From positions 17,546,001-17,610,000 of the forward strand of contig NC_042998.1 of the NCBI RefSeq assembly GCF_006345805.1: a stretch of 64,000 nucleotides of DNA, written 5' to 3'. Position numbers and translations under genes: made by a program. The stretch comes from Octopus sinensis. Its lineage: Eukaryota. Shown here piece after piece: positions 55,178-64,000 of this stretch. The notes under the pieces were generated by a model. That model worked only from the letters and a program-made list of their open reading frames with translations, was not told where the DNA came from and searched no databases. Each line of letters opens with the position of its first letter. The stretch's first letter is position 1.

Positions 55178-55732
55178 TGAGTGAGCGAGCAGTTCATGCC
55201 ATCAAAGTGACACTGGGGTAAAATATACGAAGCCCAATATACCCATCATGACTACCCGTCTGATAAGGGCAAACCAGGCACATGCATCACAACCATATGT
55301 GCGCGACATGGTGATCTCATATCAAGATAAACAGCGCATGACCTTGCAGGTGGGGCCCACTTAGAATTTTCTTCAGGTCGAGTAGCCCATCCTGCTCAAA
55401 CGGTCCCTGAATAAGGGTTGTTTAAGGATGTTGAAAGAACCACCCATGTTTCCAGAAGTGAATTATTCAAACCCCAAAGAATCCCTCTCAACACATGGCT
55501 ATGATGCTCCCCCACTACTTCTGCTCGTGCTCAGAGATGCACATATCGTCAGCCACCAAGGGACATGTTCAACTGGTTACAATCAAACAACTGACAAGTA
55601 AATCTGTGGTATTGAGCAGAATATTTGCTGTAGGCCATCTTTTATACCAAAACAAACAATGTACATGATAACACTTCCAGTCAGTTAAGATCAGAAACCA
55701 TGTGAGCCACTGCCTGGTACTGCATCAGGGCA
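55178..55732 (-). mobile_element. ~555-bp non-coding non-autonomous element flanked by (TAA)n, putatively Dong-mobilised
   Basis: Three copies in the window, no ORF, TAA-type tail, and a 3' hairpin ATCA-GAC GGGTA GTC-ATGAT. Confidence 0.7.
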
Positions 55733-55823
55733 TTACTATTATTACTATTATTATTATTACTATTATTATCATAATTATTATTATTATTATTTTTTTTATT
55801 ACTATTATTATTATTATTATTAT

Positions 55824-58800
55824 TCTATGTTTGACTTTTGCTTTATATTTGTACAAGTTGGCTCCAAGTCTCACCCAGAGACCTCAAGAGACAACAGGGT
55901 TGGAAGTTCATGTTGTTGTTATGCCTAGTGTGCCATATATTTGGGGGGTGGGGTGTTGTACTAATGAATGTCTAAAAAAAAGAAAAGGGGGGGTTCTTTT
56001 TTTCTTTAAACCGAAAATTATGTTTGTCTTAAACCTTGAGATTACATAGAGAGTATTTTGCTTAGGATATGAGCAGTTCCCATGAGCACTATCTTTTGAA
56101 CTTCTGCCATTTTTGGGTTTCCTGGTATCTGAGTTAGGTAGCTATCAGCCCCTTTTGCTATCATTCCCAGGGCACCTATGACAACAGGTATTGTTTTAGT
56201 CTTCAGCTTCCACATTTTGCTGATTTCTATTTCAAGATCTTTATATTTGCTCAGTTTTTGGTAGGTCTTGACAGATACGTTTATATCGATTGGGACAGTC
56301 ATATCAATGAGGAGGCATGTTCTTTGTTTGAAGTCTTTCAATATGATGTCTGGCCTATTTGCATCTATCTTATTGTCAGTTTGAATGGTGAAGTTCCAGA
56401 GGAGTGAGATGTGGTCATTTTCAAGCACTGGGGGTGGTTTGTGTTCCCACCAGTTTTTTTCATGGGGCAAATCCAGGTTTTTACAGATTACCCAGTGAAT
56501 ATATTGTGCAGCTCTATCGTGCCTGTTGAGATACTCTGTAGGCGCTAGAAGACTGCACTTGGAGACCACATGGTCAATGGTTTCATTTTGTTGCTTGCAT
56601 ACACGACACGTTGGACTGCTTCTGATCTTTAATATGTTGGCCTGGTAGTTTCTTGTTGGTAGGCATTGATCTTGAGCTGCTATGATAAACCCCTCTGTTT
56701 CAGATTTTAAGCCAGAGGCCATTAGCCATTGATGGGTCAGGGCTTTGTCGATATCTGCAGTATTCGCTCTCTTTGGGTATTTGCCATAGAGAGGGTTTTC
56801 TTGCCATTTATTATTCAGAATATCTAAGGCCGCAGTTTTGGCACGGGTTTTCATGCGCCTAGCTTTTTCTGTGCTTGTTTCTTGTATATCTATCTCTAAT
56901 TCCGAAATTGGTTGTATTCGGAATTCACTTAGATATTCCTTTGCCTGTTTTGTGACTGAGTATGATGCTTTCTTGTTTTCATGTTTTGAGACAAGTTTTA
57001 GCATCCAGTCCTCAGAGTTTTTCAGGTAGGTGTCTAGGCCAATTGTAGCAATCTTCATTGTTATTGCCAGTTGCAAAAGACCACGGCCTCCCTCTTTTCT
57101 TGGCAGATAGAGTCGTTCTGTATCTGCCTTAGGGTGGTGCATTCTATGCATTGTCAACAGTTTCCTTATTTTTCTGTCGAGCTGACATATTTCAGTAATT
57201 GACCAGTTAACAATATTGAAACTGTAAGTCACGACTGGTATAGCTAATGCATTGATTGCTTCGATCCTGTTTCTTGCATTCAGTTCTGTCTTGAGTATTG
57301 CTCTCACTCTTCGATAGCATTCTCTCCTGATCCTTTCCTTCATCTCTGAATGCCTTATTCCGTTCCCTTCAATTACCCCTAGGCACTTGTAGCTCTCCGC
57401 TGGGTCTAGTTCTTTTATGACATTCTGTTGGTCAAGGTTAACGTTAGATGTTTCTGTCATTTTTCCCTTGATAAAGGTAGCCTTTGCACATTTATCGATG
57501 CCGAATTGCATTCTGATGTCGTCACTGAATTGTTTGACTATCGCTAGTAAGCCCTTGAGTTGTTGATCATTTTTTGCAAAAAGCTTTAAATCATCCATGT
57601 AAACGAGATGATTTATATTTTTATCAAACATTTTATACCCGTACTGCGCGTCATTGAGCAGCTTTGAGAGAGGTATTAAGGATAAACAAAAGAGGAGTGG
57701 TGACAGTGAGTCACCCTGGAAAATGCCACACGAAATTTTTACATCACCAGCATTTAGGGATTCACTGTCACTGTTCAGAGTTAGTGTGGTTCTCCATGAT
57801 CTCATACTTACAGTCAAGAAGTTTCGCAGAGTTGGTGCTATCTTATACATTTCAAGGCATTTCCTAATCCAGCTATGTGGTAGGCTATCAAAAGTCTTTT
57901 TATAGTCTATCCAGGCTATTGATAAGTTTTTGTGTCGTTTGTGACAATCTTCTAAGATCATCTTATTGATGAGTAGTTGGTCTTTACAGCCGTAGGATCC
58001 ACGTTTACATCCTTTCTGTTCATTAGGGAATATGCTGCTGTCTGTTAAAAAACTATAGGTATATTCCGTCAGGACAGATGTTAGTGTTTTGTACATAGTT
58101 GGGTCTATAGTTTTTTGGTTCATTTGTTTCTTCACTTTTTGGAAGCAGGAATGTTAACCCATTAACTAGCCAAGGAGGCATCCTACTAGGGTGTTGCAAA
58201 ACATCATTGTACAGATCTGTTAGCAGTTCATGGCTCTCTGGGAAGGCATTCAGCCAGAAGTTAGGAATTTTATCCTTTCCTGGAGACTTCCATTTGCTTG
58301 ACCTCCTGAGCGCAGATCTTATATCTTCTACCTTGACACCCTCCCACTTTTGCTCTTCTAAGGGGTCCAGTTCTGTAGATATTCTGTCAATCCAGGGGGC
58401 CTTTTCGTTGTGTGTTTTTTCTTCTGCCCAGATTTTATTCCAAAATCTCTGCACTTCTTCTTTTGATGGTACAGACCCTGCAGTAAACGCTGTTTTTCCG
58501 ATCTTCCTGTAAAAATTCTTGGTGTTATTTTTGAACATGTTGTTGTCCTTGAAAAATCTAACACGCTTTTCATACCTCGCTATGCGGGCAGCTTTGGCAG
58601 ATACCTTTTGTTTGATGGTTTCTATTGTGGCATCAATATCAAGTATAGTTTTCATATTGTATTTTTTCAGTAATTTGTGGGTTTTTGTAGGTTTGGTAGT
58701 CTTGTGAGCCTTAAGGTTTTTCAAATATTCAATGTCAGATCTAAATATTTTAATTTGTTGTTGCAGACGCTCTTGCCAAGAAGGCTTTTTGTGGGACTGT

Positions 58801-58915
58801 TGCCGTTTTCTAATCTTTACACCACATAGGATCGTTGACATTTTCGTGGATGCATAGTATAGGTGGTTGAGGTTTGTGATATCAACATCATTAACTGAAA
58901 TTATATCCTTAAGTG
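55824..58915 (-). mobile_element. Dong/R4-clade non-LTR retrotransposon (D3), 5'-truncated, young
   Basis: Bounded by (TAA)n on both sides. ORFs 58053-58841 and 56042-58135 are one frame broken by a small deletion after KNYRP. Confidence 0.93.
56042..58135 (-). CDS. Reverse transcriptase + CCHC knuckle + restriction-like endonuclease of D3 (frameshifted from its N-terminal part)
   Basis: WIDYKKTFDS, GIFQGDSLSPLLF, YMDD, CRVC...H...C, RHD, and RPDIILKD...LIDMTVP...KLSKY. Confidence 0.9.
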   Translation of the reverse strand: MKKQMNQKTIDPTMYKTLTSVLTEYTYSFLTDSSIFPNEQKGCKRGSYGCKDQLLINKMILEDCHKRHKNLSIAWIDYKKTFDSLPHSWIRKCLEMYKIAPTLRNFLTVSMRSWRTTLTLNSDSESLNAGDVKISCGIFQGDSLSPLLFCLSLIPLSKLLNDAQYGYKMFDKNINHLVYMDDLKLFAKNDQQLKGLLAIVKQFSDDIRMQFGIDKCAKATFIKGKMTETSNVNLDQQNVIKELDPAESYKCLGVIEGNGIRHSEMKERIRRECYRRVRAILKTELNARNRIEAINALAIPVVTYSFNIVNWSITEICQLDRKIRKLLTMHRMHHPKADTERLYLPRKEGGRGLLQLAITMKIATIGLDTYLKNSEDWMLKLVSKHENKKASYSVTKQAKEYLSEFRIQPISELEIDIQETSTEKARRMKTRAKTAALDILNNKWQENPLYGKYPKRANTADIDKALTHQWLMASGLKSETEGFIIAAQDQCLPTRNYQANILKIRSSPTCRVCKQQNETIDHVVSKCSLLAPTEYLNRHDRAAQYIHWVICKNLDLPHEKNWWEHKPPPVLENDHISLLWNFTIQTDNKIDANRPDIILKDFKQRTCLLIDMTVPIDINVSVKTYQKLSKYKDLEIEISKMWKLKTKTIPVVIGALGMIAKGADSYLTQIPGNPKMAEVQKIVLMGTAHILSKILSM

Positions 58916-58934
58916 CTTAAGTGCTTATTATTAC

Positions 58935-59005
<71 letters not shown>

Positions 59006-59034
59006 TATTATTATTATTATTATTATTATTATCA

Positions 59035-60998
<1,964 letters not shown>

Positions 60999-61012
60999 TC
61001 ATATTATTATTC

Positions 61013-61093
<81 letters not shown>

Positions 61094-61989
61094 CGCTGTT
61101 GTTGTTATTCGCTAGTACTGATATTACCGTTGGTGTCGTTCTGTTGATCTGTGTTGTTACTTTTATATGGCTCGATGTTGCTGCTTTTGTCGTTACTATT
61201 TTCGATGTTCTGTCTTACGTCTGTAGCAAGGGTTGACTTGTTATTGTTGTTATCGTCGTTGTAAATATTGTTTATATAAAATATGCTTGTACAAGTAGGC
61301 AACAAACCAAAATAATTTTATTTTCCTTTCTTTTTGTTTTCCATTTCAAGAAGGTTCTTCTCATTTCACAATATATCGATATTTTATGTACATAAATGTT
61401 AGAGCTGATAGAACAAGAACAGAAGCGAATATTCGAAATAAATATTGAAGCCATGACGTTGAACTCTTAGAGACAGCTCCTTCGTTAAATGCCTGTCTTA
61501 CAACCAACAGAAACGTCAAGTTAGTTCCTAAGAAACGTTTTGTACAACCGTACTTTTAACGTTACAGGAAATTATATGACTGAAGTCGAACGTAATTCCT
61601 TGAAATGGCAATATAAATGAATGTGACCCAGTAGAAGACAGGGTAGCACGTCGGGTAGAATTCTATGCGATGTTACTTCCTGTTCTTTATGCTTTGGTTT
61701 CAAATCCATCATTATTAATATTTACAGCTGACATTTTATCAGAGGAGCGAGACTATAAACCAGAGGTTGATGTATTCAGATATGTCCCTGGTGGGTATCC
61801 TTTTGTTTCTCCAGTGCAATTATATACATACATACATACATTCTTACATACATACATACATACATATATACATACACGCACACACACACATACACACATT
61901 ATCAAGTACGCTCATTCACTTTATATCAAGCTAAGCTACTGACCACTTGAGATCTATACACGCCGACAAACGAAATCCTAATGTCTTAT

Positions 61990-62125
61990 TTATCATCATC
62001 AAAATTGTCGTCGTCGTCATCAACATCGTCATCAACATCGTCATCATCATCGAAGTCTTCGTCATCATCGTCGTTGTCGTTGTTGTCGTCGTCGTCCTCC
62101 TCCTCCTCATCATCATCATCATCAA

Positions 62126-62162
<37 letters not shown>

Positions 62163-62295
62163 GTCATCCTCATCATGATAATCATCATCATCGTCATCAT
62201 AATCATCATCATAATTATCATCATCATCATCATCATCATCATCATCGTCATCATCATCATCATCATCATCATCATCGTCATCATCATCATCATCG
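61990..62295. repeat. (CAT/CGT)n microsatellite
   Basis: Direct inspection. Confidence 0.95.
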
Positions 62296-63219
62296 CCGCT
62301 ATTTTCATAACCTTCCTTTGCTATGAGCTAGAAATCGTTATCACCTGGCGCATGCAATAAAAAATAAACTCTTTCGCTCTTTTGTTTGTTTTTGTCATAT
62401 TTTTTTTTTCCTTGTCTGTAGTTTTTTTTTTCTGCTTTAAACTTTCTGTTGTTCAAGTTTATTTCCTGTTCAAACTCGTTATGAAATGAAAGATTGCTGA
62501 AGGTCTTCGTAGAAAATTTCCGATTGCAATACAATAGAGTTCGAAAGATTAACGAACTAGGTTATTACGGTACATAACAAAAGTATTATTGAGGATATCC
62601 AACAATGTGAACTCGCATTCTAATACTGTGTGACAGATATTACCAAGTTTCCGAAAGGTTAAATGAGATTTCTTTTTCTTTCTCAATTTCGTGTGTCTAA
62701 GTGTGTGCGTGTGTGTTAGACTTTGTACTTGTTTCTGTATATTTGTCAATGTGTGTCTACTAGTGTTTATGTATTCCAGGGAAGTGTAGAATAAATGAGC
62801 AATATAATAAATAATGAGCATAAAATATAAATATATGATGAGGCTATCACTCTGTTGTTGAATATCCAGAGATCTTAGGCCTTTGGATATGACACCGAAT
62901 GACCGGATGGCAGTGAATCCATAGCTTTAAAGAGAAGAAAGGGAAACTAGCTCAAGGAATATTGTTCCCAAATTTGGCACAAGGCCAGTATGTTCTTTTT
63001 CCCCGTTGCTAAACTGGGTCATATTAGTGTTTTATGGCTTTCGGCTACTGAATTGTCAGAGGGGGGAGGAATACGTCCAGCCGCTGTCAAGGCTGGTGCT
63101 CCTTATCTGAACCCACAAAACCTTAAAACTTTCTATGAAAATCTGACTTTTCTTTGCTTCCTCCCTAAGTAGATTTCATCAACTCCAGGATCCAACTTGT
63201 ACCTACTTTATCCTACTTA

Positions 63220-63335
63220 AGGATAAAAAGCAAAGTCAACCTCGGCGGAATTTGAACTTAGAAGGAAATGACGGACGAAATGCTGCCAAAGCAAATTCCT
63301 CGGTGTGTTAATGATACGGGCACCTCAACGCCTTA
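63220..63335 (-). mobile_element. Partial SINE family A copy
   Basis: Plus-strand GCAAAGTCAACCTCGGCGGAATTTGAACT is the reverse complement of the family A core. Confidence 0.7.
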
Positions 63336-64000
63336 AGGTTCAATGAATATTAGTTTCAAACAACTGTTGTAAATGCTTGAAAATTAACATGAAGTAAGTA
63401 CCTCCAACGAAAACTTCCCAAACACAGAAGGAAACGACTCACAGTTGAGATATCAGATCGAACGTATACAAATACGGAATCTGTTTCTTTCGCAGCTGAA
63501 GTGTTTCATTAATATTATATTTCGACAGTGTCCTTCCAGTAAGTGCAGAAATCATTACAGAGCAGTTGTATTATAGCAACTACCGCAATGTTATTTCATT
63601 AAAACCACAAGTAGGTTTTGATTTCCCGACCACCACTTAGTTGCTTGAATCCATTTAAAATCATTTATAGAAAAATCTAGATAGTTACGAACACCTCTGA
63701 TCTTATATATTAAAGACATTACAACTTTGACATTACCCACACCATTTAGGTGTTTCCTTACAACTACCACGTCATAGTGTCATTAATACAATCACCGAGT
63801 TGTGTCATTAGAAAGATTTATAAGATCTCATTTCAGTCAACATTTAGTAGATTCATTAGAACAACTTAACCATTTTATTGCAAGTATCGCTTAGCTTCGT
63901 CATTAAAACTAACACCGATCAAAGTCATTATAAACACCTCATAGCCTTTTCAGTGCACAACTCCTTCATGTGAAAGCGTCCTGTAGCTATGAAATATTTT

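Noticed and set aside
55680-55732. U2 snRNA resemblance (TCAGTTAAGATCAGA; CCTGGTACTGCA)
   Set aside because: Matches are short and spacing is wrong. No Sm site or branch-pairing region.

Overview
AT-rich, microsatellite-saturated eukaryotic non-genic DNA. The SINE families and (TA)n/(GATA)n load match my recollection of an Octopus-type cephalopod genome (inference). No intact host gene is supportable, and almost all ORF-track entries are microsatellite artefacts. Recognisable content is mobile DNA: several tRNA-derived SINE families, CR1/L2-like, RTE and Tx1/L1 LINE relics, Penelope-like elements (PLEs), a maT/DD37D-type mariner, a Helitron tail-to-head junction and a 5S rRNA-derived head. 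Two systems stand out. (1) At least six hammerhead-ribozyme (HHR) motifs occur in different small retroelements. They include a ~545-nt HHR-to-HHR retrozyme-like unit (19357-20170) and a tRNA-headed SINE carrying an HHR tail (14790-15355). (2) A ~9 kb same-orientation stack (52.3-61.1 kb) holds four divergent Dong/R4-clade RT-RLE retrotransposons plus a non-autonomous partner. Members are mostly separated by (TAA)n tracts and share a covarying 3' stem-loop. All alignments and folds were done by eye, so boundaries are approximate.
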